In this document: piece after piece, positions 52,001-64,000 of the stretch
How positions within the stretch are numbered: position 1 is the first letter of the stretch
Layout of the letters: every line of letters starts with the position of its first letter
Source: Owenia fusiformis
Lineage: Eukaryota
NCBI GenBank assembly: GCA_903813345.2
Contig: CAIIXF020000001.1
Location: forward strand, 45,942,001-46,006,000
DNA: 64,000 nt
Reading direction: 5' to 3'
Made by a program: the position numbers and the translations under genes
Notes under the pieces: model-generated
The model's database searches: none
Told to the model about the DNA's origin: nothing
What the model saw: only the letters and a program-made list of their open reading frames with translations

Positions 52001-55000
52001 CGTCTGTAAATGACGCTAAAATTCTGTTTTGCAGCATGCAATCATGAAATCTTATGGTTTTAAGGTACACATTTAAAGCTTATCATTGAACTAGGGGTAT
52101 AAGACAGATATCAGTGTTGGCTTTCACATTGTAAGTCATAAAAATGTGATATAAGCCTTACTAAAGGCCTACCTCAAATTTTTATAACTTTGTTGAATAG
52201 ATGATGAATCATTGATGAAAAATTGGCGTTGCCAATCATTTTTGGGAATTGGAGATCTGCTTTGAATAAGGATTTTACTCTTTTATAATGTTCGTGTATA
52301 TCCTATAGCTTGACTATTTATATCATATCCATTATGATGCAGTTAAATAAAAAATCCCATACAACATAACGTCTCCTTAATTATAATGTATGCTTGAATA
52401 TATAACCTATTTATTTCGACCACCCTGAAATCAAAGGGCTTAGTCATCCCTCCTCGAGAGAGGAACGTGTGAAATCAATGGATCTCGTCTGGGAAATGTT
52501 TAATACAAAACAAAATATTCAAAATAGAAATGCCAACGCTCACCCTAGATTTGAAACCCCAAAGGATAGTGAATGACGCTCTCTTTTACAGAACGAAAAC
52601 CCACTATTGAAAGGGGTAGTGGAGGTTACACCGTCTGTATTATTACATTATTGGATCAAATTCCATAACAAAGACTTCAGGATAGCAAACAGGAAGTAAC
52701 TAAGAATGTTCAATCAATATCAAGTTTTAAGCATGCAAAAAGTTCATAAATTGTCTGATCTAAAGACCAATGTTATTAATTACAGACTGTGATGTCTACG
52801 ATTTTATGTAGGCCGTTTTCAGATAAATAATATCAATACATAATAAAGAATAGAGATGTTATTGAATTTCAACACGTGTTTTATCAAGTCACTCCCAAGC
52901 GGATCCATCATCACAGAACGAAATTATTAATCCTTGGTGGCTAACTAGTCCATTTTGACATGAAAAACCGGGGCTTTATCCAGGCGTCGCATTACATCGC
53001 CATGCCCTTGCATTTAATAAACAACATACCTATATTTAGTATATTCTTCAAATTCTTTCAATATTGGAACCAGTCAGATGCTTTAGAACGAAAGTCATAA
53101 CGACTTTAAGGGATGTGTATAATAGGCCTAAAGTAGGTTTCACCAAAGACGTCCTTGGTTTCACTAATAAAAAAGACTAAATATATCTAGGCCTGAAGAT
53201 CATATTTATTTTTTACGAGCTGCATGGGACGATGGAAGCACAAATCAACCTCCCTTATTCCTGTCATGCCTTGCATTCTCTGGGGTGTAAAATGGCGAAT
53301 AACTTTCCTGTTGGGGTGAGATATGTTTTCTTATTTCATAATTAAGAAACGTGATATATCTCTGCTTTTCATAAGACGTCGAGTGTGATTAAAAGTCATA
53401 TAAAACATTGCATACTATAATTGGAAAGCTCACAAATGGCAATAAACATCCGTGTTTATACGAATTTTATTGCTTTTTTGTTGCTTTTATGCACTTTTCC
53501 ATAACTGACTTAAAATGTCTCTTCGTCTTGCTGTGTTTGATCCTGAATAATGATCAAGTTCAGAGGGAAAAATGCCCCTTATATACTGGTTCTTTTAACG
53601 TGATATTATTGTTTGGGATATCTAACTTGATTTCCTTATTATCGAACTGTATTTTCAATATTCCTTGAAAATACGTTATGTTTTGTTACAATCTTTATAC
53701 TCGTCTATCACCTGGGGACTCTTGACTTATAAGTGCACTTCTTTGTGTACATTCTGGACACTCTTGCCTTAGAAATTGAGTTCTCTTGTTGTACAATCTG
53801 GAGGGTGTCCCGAAAGTATTGGGCCCCCCTAGGCAGACATACCAATGTCGTCATAGTATGTGTCATATATCATTTTAATGCTTATCCAAAGTTACATTAA
53901 TTCGCCAAGTATCATGGTTCAACTCTCAAATGTGAAAAAATTACAGGCATTTCAAAAGTTAGTGTTTGGTCAAAATTAAGTTCAATTTTACACCAAATCA
54001 TTAGTCAGTGTGTCCTCCCGGGCCATCCAGCAGCAATTCTTTTCGGGTCGGAGGGATATTGAGTTTGAAAAAGAGAACGGTGAGGGTAGAAACTCTATGG
54101 AAACTCTTCTAAAGTCCATTAACAGGTTTTAAGAGGGTTATAAAATTCCACACCCCTATTTGAAGGGCTTTTATGGTCATATCTGAAAATAATTAATTGC
54201 TGTTGTTAACATGGTCAAGGGGGACACATTGACTAGTAATGTGGGGTAAAATTGAACTTTATTTTGACAAAACACTAACTTTTAAAATGACTGTAACCTT
54301 TTCCCATTTGGGAGTTAAACCATAATACTTGGCAAATCAATGTAACTTTGGATAAGCTTTAAAATGATATATGACACATACTATGAGGACACTGGAAAAT
54401 GTCTGCCTGGGGGGGGGGCATACTTTCGGGACACCCTGTATATACTCCTGTCTCACTATCTTGATAACCGTGTCTTACAATGACTATTTTTTTACATTCC
54501 TGGTACCCTTGTTGTATAATCTGGGAACTGTTGTATGGATATTCACCTGGATGCGATTGTCTTTCAATCTAAGTACTTTTGTCTTAAAACTCCTGTTGCC
54601 CTTGTCTCATATATTCAGGATACTCTTGTCTTAAAATCTGGGAATTCTTGTCTTACCACCTGGCCCTGGTAGACTATGGGTACAATCTGGGCGTACGTAC
54701 TTTTTAATCCTGATACCCCTGTGTCATGATCAGGATACTCTTGTTCTACAATCTGAATACTCTTACAATCTGGGAATCAACTTGGATACTCTTTTCTTAT
54801 AATCTGTATACCACTCTTGTCTCGAAATCTTGGTACTCCTGTCTTAGAATCTGCATTATTTTGTCTTACAATCTTGGCACTTTCTTAAAATCTGGATATT
54901 CTTGTCTCTCAATATGGACACTCTTGTCTTACTATCTCAAATCATATTGTGTGTGCATCTTCAGAGAATTGCTGAAAATTGGTGTTCAATCTTGCAATCA

Positions 55001-58000
55001 AAATAAGTTTTACTTCCATCACATTATCTTCGTTTAACCTCAAATAACGCAAGGACGCGGTTTATTCAGATAATAGAATAATAATTCAAAAAAGACAAAA
55101 CCCCAAATTAAGATGGACTGATATCAGTTCGAGTTTTACAAAGTTTCAACATCCCAAGAAGTTCACGGAGTTCAAAAAGGTTTTTGTCTATGACATCATA
55201 TTTTGTGGGCATTTTGGTATGTATAATTATGTTTTAAGTTGGGCAGCATAACAGTCACATTATGTATCTAGGAAATACAAGTTATTTGTAATGTGAGGTT
55301 TTCACTTATTTTCATTTTTGTACTTCGTGTACGGGTGCTCCAAATGGCATTTGGAAAACAAAATATCTAACAAAACAAAACGGTTTTCCCTCTATGAACA
55401 TCCTCCTTACCTCAGTTTGTTCAACACATTCTGCCGTTGGAATAACAGTTACGCGTTCCATGAAATAGATGGTCTGGAAAAAAGTAAATTCAACCCAACT
55501 ACTAGATTCCCAAATGACTCGAAAAGTCTTTAACCAAAAATCACAACATTGCATGATAGCGTTATTATGTTTGAAATTAATAGTCTTTCCGCTTGCCTCT
55601 TAAACTCTTGACTGTACATATTATGGTTGAGTGACACCGTTATCAGTTAATTCATTGGGCACCTTGCTAATATCATCAGCTTTGAAAGTGGCAGTGTGGT
55701 TGATCAATCTATCAAAGTACTTTTATTGGTTCATTTCAGGTATCCATTTCCCTGCTGAAGACTAAATCTCATTTTGTATTTCCTACTTAATCGTGTCATA
55801 GTAATCATTGACTGGCGTGCATGCACGTACTTCACTTGTGATCCACTCGATTACGCTGGTTACCGAAACGGTTCATTTCGGGTGTCGGAACGTCGAAGGT
55901 ACGATTTTTCTTTTTTCCCTATTTCACGTGTTGTAGGCAGAATCCCCACGACGTTTTTTCTCACAAACTTGTATCAGTATCATATGTTTTAGAAAATGTA
56001 CATGTTTGCGAAAAAATAGCTCAGGAGACAACAGAATCGTCGATTTAAGTTACAGAAACGGTTTGGGTTAAAAGTGTAGATCTTAACTGTTTTTCGAAAT
56101 ACCGTTTCTGTAACTTAAGTGAGGAATTAAATCGACGATTCTGTTGTCTTCTGAACTATTTGTTCTGCCTACAAGGTGTGAAATAAGGAAAAAAGAAAAA
56201 TCGTAGCTTCGATGTTCTGACATTTTGTTACCGAAACGAACCGTTTCGGTAATCAGCGTAATCGAGTGAATCACCAGTGCACTTGCATATCTTAAACATG
56301 CTTCGACTTATCAGTGCCCGTTTCGGCGTTTGTTAGCCACTTATGATGTGTGATAATAATTATTGCACCATTGCTTTATTCAAAACAACATTTACGCTGT
56401 ATTCAATTTTTAATTTTTGTTCTGAAAGATAAAAAGTTAACAAAAAGTTCAAAAGATAAATAATGCAAGCAATCTAATATCTAAGTCTAAGGTTGACCAA
56501 TCCTATTTTGTTCTTGAATTATAAAGATTATAAATATAACAGATGTCCAGTAGATAGTGAAAACTTGTTTCTTGCAAAGGATAATATTACAACACGATAA
56601 AAACCATCTTCATTCATTTAATTTACGGATGTCATATGTGATCACAAATGATACGAATTTAATTGTCAATCCTTGTAAATTATATGAGAGTATTCTAATA
56701 TATAGTCATTTTCACATGCAGTCAGTTTTACCCTACGAGTATCCCTACGTTTTGAGTGCATTAACGTTTAATCGAACGGATGTAGCCGCCCTACGTTCAT
56801 CAATATTTATCTACCTTAGAGTTTGATTCATTATTTGTTAACCAAATGACTATCTACAACATGGAACGAAAGTAAGTTTATCTTCCATAACAAACTCCAT
56901 GGCTCCTGGACTGAGTTACGACCAACCACCTAGCGTAATTATATCGCAAGTAGTTTAGCTACTTACTTCCTCTTCGTCTTTTACTGATTATGACATCTGT
57001 CAGTGTCATATTTATGTAAGATCTAATCAACATCGTTTTACTTTTTCAGGCAACGTGACTCAGTATTTGGGGATACCATATGTGGCGCCACCTATTGGAG
57101 AAAGGCGTTTTGGCGCACCCGAAAATGCATCAAAATGGAATAGTACCCGAAATGCAACAGCATATGGCGATATGTGCCCACAAGATGTTTCCCTCTTGAA
57201 GAAATATTTGGCGGAGGAATATATGGTATCTCCTGAAATGTCCAGACTTGTTGCTAATGTTGTTCATGAAAGGACAAGCGAGGATTGTCTCACCCTCAAC
57301 ATATTCGCACCTGTTCTAAGCGGCGTCTCCCCCCGTCAGGTGTTACCTGTAATGCTATACATTCACGGTGGCTCATTCTTAGTTGGATCTGGTATGCTTA
57401 TTGATGGTTCAACATTAGCTATTCACGGGAATGCGATTGTCATTACGATGAATTACAGACTTGGTGTTTTGGGCTTTCTTAGCACGGGTGATTCATTAGT
57501 TAGAGGTAACATGGGCTTCTTGGATCAACTTGAAGCTATGCACTGGATAAAGCGCAATATTGCAGTATTTGGAGGTGATCCTGATAATGTGACAATATTC
57601 GGAGACTATTCAGGAGCCATAAGTGTAAATGTTCATATTCTAAGTCCCTTAAGCAAAGGATGGTTTGATCAAGCGATATGCATGAGTGGTATTGCAAATT
57701 TTGAAGGGTTCAATAACGTTAACCCTGCGTTTCAAGTCAAGGGTCTTGCTGAAAACGTCAACTGCCCGGATGAAGATACAAGGGAGACATTGCAATGTCT
57801 GAAAGAGAAATCAGTAGAGGAGTTTACAACACTGAGAACACTGACTGGCTTCAAACCTTTAGTTGACGGCCTTTTCTTGCCAAAATACCCCAGTGATTTG
57901 AGGACAACTGGACAGTTTAACAAAGTACCTTATATCATTGGGACAAACTTAAATGATGCATCGTTCTCATCAAGTGGGGAGAGTGTATCATTGTCATTGC

Positions 58001-60786
58001 CCGACAAGGAGTCATTCGAAATGGCAATGACACAAAAAATAAGACAAGTATTTGGTACATCTGTGAACCAACTTTTAAAAGATTCAATTATATTCGAGTA
58101 TAGTCCCGATACACCATCAGAAACTGCATATCTTGCCTCGTATATGGAGGCATGGTCCGACTTTAACTATATCATTCCCACAATAACTGATGCTATTAAT
58201 CATGTGTCTTTCAATGCAAGTACTTTTGTTTATCTTTTCACGCAACGGTCATCATTTTGGAGGCATTCAGAAGAAGAGAAATTAGTGAAGGCTCCTCATG
58301 GCTCATTTTTACCTTATGTTTTTGGCTTGGTGCTGGATCCAAGTTTGAATGAAACTGTAACTGAAGGAGAACGACAACTATCAAAACATTTAATGCAGAT
58401 ATGGAGTAATTTTGCTCAACAAGGGTAAGGCTCTAAAAAGTTAAGCTGACAATCATGTATATTATTAAACAAGTATGAGATGCCGTTCCACCTCATCCTA
58501 AGGTAACTCAATCATTGGATGACTGTCTTGGTCAAACTCGATGGTCAGCTTTTGTTAAATTTTATAAGATCCTAGCACATGTCCTCGTGAGGACACATAT
58601 TAGGCCTTCAGGATACCCATTGTAAGAGTATTCTCTACTGTGGTCAAATATGATACACTCTCCTCCAAAAGTGTGCCAATCATAAGTCCATTTTTGGATA
58701 ACGTTTTCAAAACACTTCATCATCCTGACTGAAAGATAAAATCAAGGATTGGCTTAAACACGCTTGATTTCCAATAAGGACTTCCGATTTTAAACGTATT
58801 TAGTGAATGGGTGTTTTTCTTTAAACAGAACCTTAGTCTTGAGATCTCCCCCTAATTACTTGATATATTTCTCTTCAGTGATTTCAAAGCACTATGTACA
58901 TGAGCTCAGATGGTACCAAAATGAAAGATCATTCGTTAAATGCTACAAGAATGTAAACATTTGCTTTTAAATGATTTGATTGATGTATATATAATGAAAA
59001 CAACTCTCCCAACAACGTAAGATGGTGTTTTAACATGTTCAGATTGTAAACTTTAGCACCTCATTACATTATAGAACATCTGGAATCTCTTAAACGAGTT
59101 GAGTAATTGTGTGCCTTCGTCTCAAAACGGCAATGGTATTTCCTCTTCCTTAGGGCGACTGTTTCTTAGAAACGCCCTTATATTGGCAACGCATGCCGAT
59201 ACTTATCCTCCCTCAGGTTTTCTAAACTGAACAGGATCACCTTTCTTTCCAGATCTCCAAACATTCCGGGTTTACTAGATTGGCCCCAATTTAGCGCACA
59301 TGAACATGCCTATCTTGATATCAACGAAAAACTTTCAGCAAAATCTAATTTAAAGATGCGCAAATATCGCTTCTGGACAGAGATGATACCTAAGTTGAGG
59401 AATCCCCCACCAGCTCCAACTGCAGACGACAAAGAGTGTGCAGAGAGTAGGACACCCATAGAAGCAGTCTCTACCACAACAGCACAAGTTCGGGTCACAA
59501 CAGAGGAAATACCGGGAACGCCAAGTGTTTCTGTTGAAACAACATCGGAGATACCGACGTCAGTTACAGAAACAAATAGTGAGTACATTTTATAGGCAAC
59601 GAGACCACGGCCGACACTTAAAGACGTACAGCCATCTTTTGCCACATCAAGTAAACACAATTTACTGACAAGATTCATCATGTTATAAACGGAAAGTAAA
59701 TCTGTCAAAGTTACACCCATCAAGGCATCAATGTAAACCTCCGAGCTTGTCCTCAAATCGTATTTAGCGCTAGCTTGACTGATACTTTACTCTGGTGTTG
59801 GCTGGGGAAGTTGGTGGGAAATTTTCATAATGATGCAGAAGCTTAAATTAACTCCAAAATTGATAAGGTCAGTGAGTATAGAGAAAAGTAAACACAAACA
59901 GCAAACAGGGGCGTTCACTGTTATTAAAAAACTTACGTGATTGCACGTTCTTTAGTTCATCGGTAACCAAAACACTGTAGCTAAATATTGTTTATTTCTC
60001 TTTATATATTTCATATTCCAGTCGATGGTGGTCCTCTTGTTCCACGATCGGTCACAAATCGGGACAATTTTACAACGATTCAAACATATGCGACCACTCA
60101 GTCATCAATAGATAATGTTACAAACTATATGGTTAAAACATCAGAGTCCTTTGACGGAAACGGCGTTACAATGAACCTTACTGATAAAACGAACACTGAG
60201 ACTGTCACAAATTCTACAGAAATGCTTGAAACTATTCCTAACAACACACATGGTGTTACAACAAGCCCTACTATAGACACAAATGTATCTGAAGTAACAC
60301 AGAACGCCAAGTGCGTCGTCCATCTTGGAACAGTAAAGTTAGCGACAAATGAGGTACGCCATCTTTCAGTTGACAGTGCCTTCAAAAATGAAAACTTATT
60401 TTAAGTTCTACATACCTCATAGATTTACGAAATACTTACATACTCTTTTCAAGTTGATAACTTTTTAAGCTTTCACATTCTGAGAAAACACGATGGCTGA
60501 AGACTTATTATATCATCGATAGTGTCATTAATATATTACTACGATTATATTTTTATTCAGTTTGCATCCTCTCAAAATACAGCACTTTCGGACGCAATTA
60601 ATGACATGTTTGATTAGATTGTTATAACTTTTATTACTTGCATATATTTTTGTGTTTCAGGCCGAGTTGGCGATTGGTATCTTGTTCTTTTTGTCTATAT
60701 TTCTGTTCGTATTACTTGTCATGGTGCCCATATGGTTTGCAGCAAGGGACGCTCAACTCTCAAGCCCACTCGACAACAACTTTTGA
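49010..60786 (+). CDS. Carboxyl/cholinesterase-family type I membrane protein, probably non-catalytic (neuroligin/CLAM-like), 5 exons, ~767 aa
   Basis: Exons: 49010-49154 (signal peptide MLETRLLGFIYFVIVSWVGESSNG + VETEDGRLRG), 57050-58424 (YLGIPYVAPPIGERRF, SEDCLTLNIF, YIHGGSF, NYRLGVLGFL, FGGDPDNVTIFGDYSG, APHG, WSNFA), 59253-59578 (SPN...WPQF...FW + Pro/Thr stalk), 60022-60353 (Thr/Asn-rich stalk) and 60661-60786 (TM LAIGILFFLSIFLFVLLVMVPIWF + tail ending PLDNNF*). Phases are compatible, 2304 nt. Confidence 0.88.
49855..50440 (+). mobile_element. Helentron/pearl-like element with tandem ~140-bp core repeats
   Basis: 5' hairpin TACCACCAAACGGTGGTG. Repeated GGCGTTCGGCGTC and TTGCAACCAG(A/G)CTGCA units. 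Confidence 0.6.
51096..51970. mobile_element. Tc1/mariner-type MITE with ~250-bp TIRs and a TA TSD
   Basis: TA|CAGTCCCCTCCATAAGTTTGGCAACC ... GGTTGCCAAACTTATGGAGGGGAGTG|TA. Arms at 51096-~51345 and ~51717-51970. Confidence 0.9.
53680..54945 (+). repeat. Degenerate ~22-bp minisatellite (ACTCTTGTCTTACAATCTGGG-like)
   Basis: Many imperfect units at 53680-53800 and 54440-54945, split by the MITE at 53801-54438. Confidence 0.75.
53801..54438. mobile_element. Tc1/mariner-type MITE with long TIRs
   Basis: GAGGGTGTCCCGAAAGTAT..CCCCCCTAGGCAGACAT ... ATGTCTGCCTGGGGGG..ATACTTTCGGGACACCCTG|TA. Arms ~220 bp. Confidence 0.85.
55833..56279. mobile_element. CACT...AGTG foldback MITE with a possible 5-bp TSD
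   Basis: TACTT|CACTTGTGATCCACTCGATTACGCTGGTTACCGAAACGG ... CCGTTTCGGTAATCAGCGTAATCGAGTGAATCACCAGTG|CACTT. Inner hairpin at ~56027-56150. Confidence 0.8.
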
Positions 60787-62013
60787 TCATTTAGGAAATT
60801 GGACGGCAAAAGTTTCACCAAATGCATTGTGACAGAGAAGTTGTACATGCAATTGCGAAATGTTCAAAATATAGTGCTAAGCTGGCAGCCTCACACAGTC
60901 TGCAACGATGCTCAGATTGTTTGAAAGAATGCTTGATGCACGAATACGGCAAATGCAATTTACATCAGTATTATGATCGTTAGAATCTCGAATAAAACAT
61001 TTGTCAACACGTAGGCATAGTAAGAAATAGATGGACACTGTGTTATTGCGAGGGATGACCATTAAATAATGGATATTGAAAGGACACTTTACAGTAGCTT
61101 GCATCTGTTTTTCATCATATGTTATAGTATATATTATGATTACTTTTTCAAGTTTGATGACCAACATAGCCAACCGACCTTATATCACTTGTGAAAAATC
61201 TAAGAGATTAATTTTAAAGTCCTTAGTAAAAAAGTACACATTACTTATTGATCACTCCCTGTGTAGTAGTATTAAACGAATTCAGTGCAAGGAGGTCGGA
61301 GTTATTGCTCCAAATTAGAGGATGCAAAATAGATATTTATGATGATACAAACTAGTAATGGATTGTGAAGGTTTTATGATTCATTCAAAGTCTCAGTCAC
61401 ATTTGCTCTACGGCGGCCGTAGCTTCACAAATTCGATATAGAAAATCTACTTCGTACTGGTTATCCCTAAATCTATGCTGCATATTATTGTCGAATTTGG
61501 GAAGCTAATGTCGACATCATCTTGATTCATCAAGGCATTGCATATGACTGAAGGAATACACTGATTTAACATTATGGCCGCCATACAGTTGCTAATTGAC
61601 ATAGATCAAATGTGGCTGAGGCATTGATTGTCAAAACATAAAATCGCGCGGACATCAACACAGACGTTAGACTTTAGTTCGATGACTGTACACAGTTTTT
61701 ATGAACAATTTAGTGACAGTTTTATGAACAATTTAGTGACAATGCCACTACTAGATCGAAGGTTTGGCAAGCCTGGCACTTCATAGACTATGAATTGAAA
61801 ACGCATGTGTAGGTACGTGTGCAGTAATTTATATAGGTAGTAAATTGTGAAAAGTTACTTTTTCCAAATACCATGTTCGCTGTAATAAATTTGCAATATT
61901 CAGTATGATTTCTAAATGTATAAATATTTGTTACTTTTTGAACATATAATTCGTTGGCTTCATCATAAAGGTGATTTTTTGTCGAGTTATTGCCTTATCA
62001 TGGCTCACGTTAC

Positions 62014-63284
62014 CACGGTGTTATAGCATGACGGTTACGACAAGGCGATTTGCAAAATGTTGCGGTAACGATAACAAAAAATGGCGGATTTGAAAGACCG
62101 CATGTCCTCTTTCTCGCCTGTAGGCAAGATTCACAGATAAGATTTCCTTTTCAACTGGTTCCATTCGGTGACGTATATATGGATGGTTATAAAGACTGGG
62201 TAAAATCTGCCAGGTGGTTTACTAGAAGCGGAATATAAGCTGTAAACTTACCGACTGAGATGTCCAAGTTCATATTTTTTAGTCCATTCTCGTGATTTCT
62301 CAGTACATGTGCCTCAGAGCCACTCAAACTATTAACAGTAAGTAAACTGTGTATAAACAAGCCATAAAATGACAAATCCAGAACAGGAACGTGGTCATAT
62401 TGTAAATAATGAGGTTTCAAACGCAATGTCTTTAGACAACTACGTATGAATTCTATAGACGGTAACGTATTGTATTAGATGTACATTAGATATTTAGCGG
62501 ACGGTTACGTGCATGTACATCTCTCAAGTTAAGGTTGCTAGTTCTGATAGCCTCTTTCCATGTTATTGTTATAATGGGTAAGAAATGGAATATTGAATTG
62601 CTTATATTTGTTTTCAGGACTTGCAAGAGACGCTCTTGTTTGAGCCTCTATAGGGCAAGGAAAAATTGTGTCTTGCTTTATTTATGAAACCAATTCAAGT
62701 CAGAAAGAGAGCAATGAAGAGGCAAAAGATGAATAAGCATCAAGTACTGATGAATATGACAAAATTAATAACAATGAATCTGGGATACATATTTGAACAA
62801 GGTTCGCGTAACCGTCAATCAATTTTTTGCGTAACCGCAAATTAAAAATACAATATTATGGCTTAAGTAGATCATATTAGGTGGTTTCCAATGCTCAATT
62901 GGCTTTTTACGATCGTATGTAGGTTACATCTATATACCCCGAGGTCGTTCTAGGCAATGTAGACCATGCCCTAACGACAAAAATAAACAAATTACTAAAT
63001 TTTGTGTAGTTTTGAATTTCAAACTCAACAGTTTTTCTCTTACTTCATGTTATCCCCGGGCATCAATTTGCAAAGAATACGTTCAAAATATACATTACTA
63101 GGTGCATCACCGAATGCGATGCCTACAAAAATCGTTCATCCTTTCATTGATACACAGTAGAAGAAAATTATGCACCAACCTTAGTTTTCTGTTCCATCGC
63201 GGCCATTTTATTGGATAAATCAGTGAACGTAGCTGTCCAACCTCGTTTTCAGAGGTGGCGTAACCGTCATGCTATAACACTGTG
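62014..63284. mobile_element. Transib/RAG-like non-autonomous DNA transposon (CAC termini, 5-bp TSD)
   Basis: GTTAC|CACGGTGTTATAGCATGACGGTTACG ... CGTAACCGTCATGCTATAACACTGTG|GTTAC: 26-bp TIR at 25/26 identity and an exact 5-bp TSD GTTAC (62009-62013, 63285-63289). Confidence 0.8.
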
Positions 63285-63306
63285 GTTACATTGTTCGGGT
63301 TATAAA

Positions 63307-64000
63307 CACGGTGTTATAGCATGACGGTTACGCCACCTCTGAAAACCGATTTTCACCAGGCTTCTCTAATTTACAATTTTACACAGGAGGATTAAAGATT
63401 TCCAAGAGTTCATTCCGTGTGCCTGATACTTGATCAAAATATATTCTGTGCAAATCAGAAACCTTTTGGTTTAGTATTAGTATTTTATTCTATGGGCATG
63501 TGGATATGTGAAGTGATAAATCTTTGGATAAACTCCGTACGTTTGCCCGCCCGCCCGTCCATTCGCCTGACCATCCGTTCATATATTACAGAAAATACGT
63601 TCGCTTTTTGTCTCCGGGTAATAAACGACCGCCATTTTTCATGAATTTTTTTTGTGATTTTTTTATTAATACTGTTTATGGCCACTCAATTAAAAATCGT
63701 CAAGAAATTATTTTAAGGCTAAAACGTAAATGCCTCTTTACAGACTAATTTAAATTATATTTGAAATTGGCTTTCAATTTCAAAATGGCCGCCATTTTTG
63801 TCAAAATATGACGTTCAGTCTTCATTTCAATTTCGTTGAATGATTTTTTACGGCTGCATATTTAACGAATTTTTTTTAAAAAAAATGTAAATGTCAAAAA
63901 AGGTTAGAGTAAATCCCAAAAGATATTTTGCCTAACCTGTACAAGGTGCATTCTAAATGTTCTGATAAAAATGATCTATCTAAATACATTAAGAGGTACA
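63307..64000. mobile_element. Second copy of the same CAC-ended family, inverted; other end not seen in the window
   Basis: CACGGTGTTATAGCATGACGGTTACGCCACCTCTGAAAAC (63307-63346) is the reverse complement of 63245-63284 at 39/40. The element's extent beyond the terminus is uncertain. Confidence 0.65.

Noticed and set aside
54371..55037. Leu/Ser/Tyr-rich ORFs
   Set aside because: These are translations of the minisatellite and a MITE end.
59310..59756. 148-aa minus-strand ORF
   Set aside because: Antisense shadow of the Thr-rich exon 3 of the esterase-like gene.
62590..62740. Transposase remnant inside the Transib-like element
   Set aside because: A splice-acceptor-like site and a short acidic stretch are present, but all frames close quickly and no RAG1/Transib motif is recognisable.

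Overview
AT-rich, intron-rich eukaryotic DNA, most consistent with a marine invertebrate animal (inferred from gene structure and repeat types). Four spliced genes can be assembled by hand. (1) DNAJC9 on the minus strand, 5 exons, ~256 aa. (2) NOL10 on the plus strand, 20 exons, ~686 aa, head-to-head with DNAJC9 across 217 bp and with a GC-AG last intron. (3) A divergent isovaleryl-CoA dehydrogenase-like gene on the plus strand, 10 exons, ~419 aa, with a remodelled substrate pocket. (4) A type I membrane carboxyl/cholinesterase-fold protein on the plus strand, 5 exons, ~767 aa, whose catalytic Ser is replaced by Tyr, i.e. neuroligin/CLAM-like. Non-coding DNA is packed with non-autonomous mobile elements, several with exact target-site duplications. 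These include a 6.2-kb CACTG-ended element with a 3-bp TSD in DNAJC9 intron 1; hAT-, Kolobok- and Tc1/mariner-type MITEs; Helentron-like repeats; tRNA-derived SINEs; and LINE 3' ends. The most striking signal is at 62-64 kb: a 1.27-kb element with CAC(A/G)GTG termini (one end is the exact V(D)J RSS heptamer), asymmetric TIRs and a perfect 5-bp TSD, i.e. Transib/RAG-like. A second, inverted family member starts 22 bp away. All coordinates were read by eye and all family assignments come from recalled signatures, not database searches.
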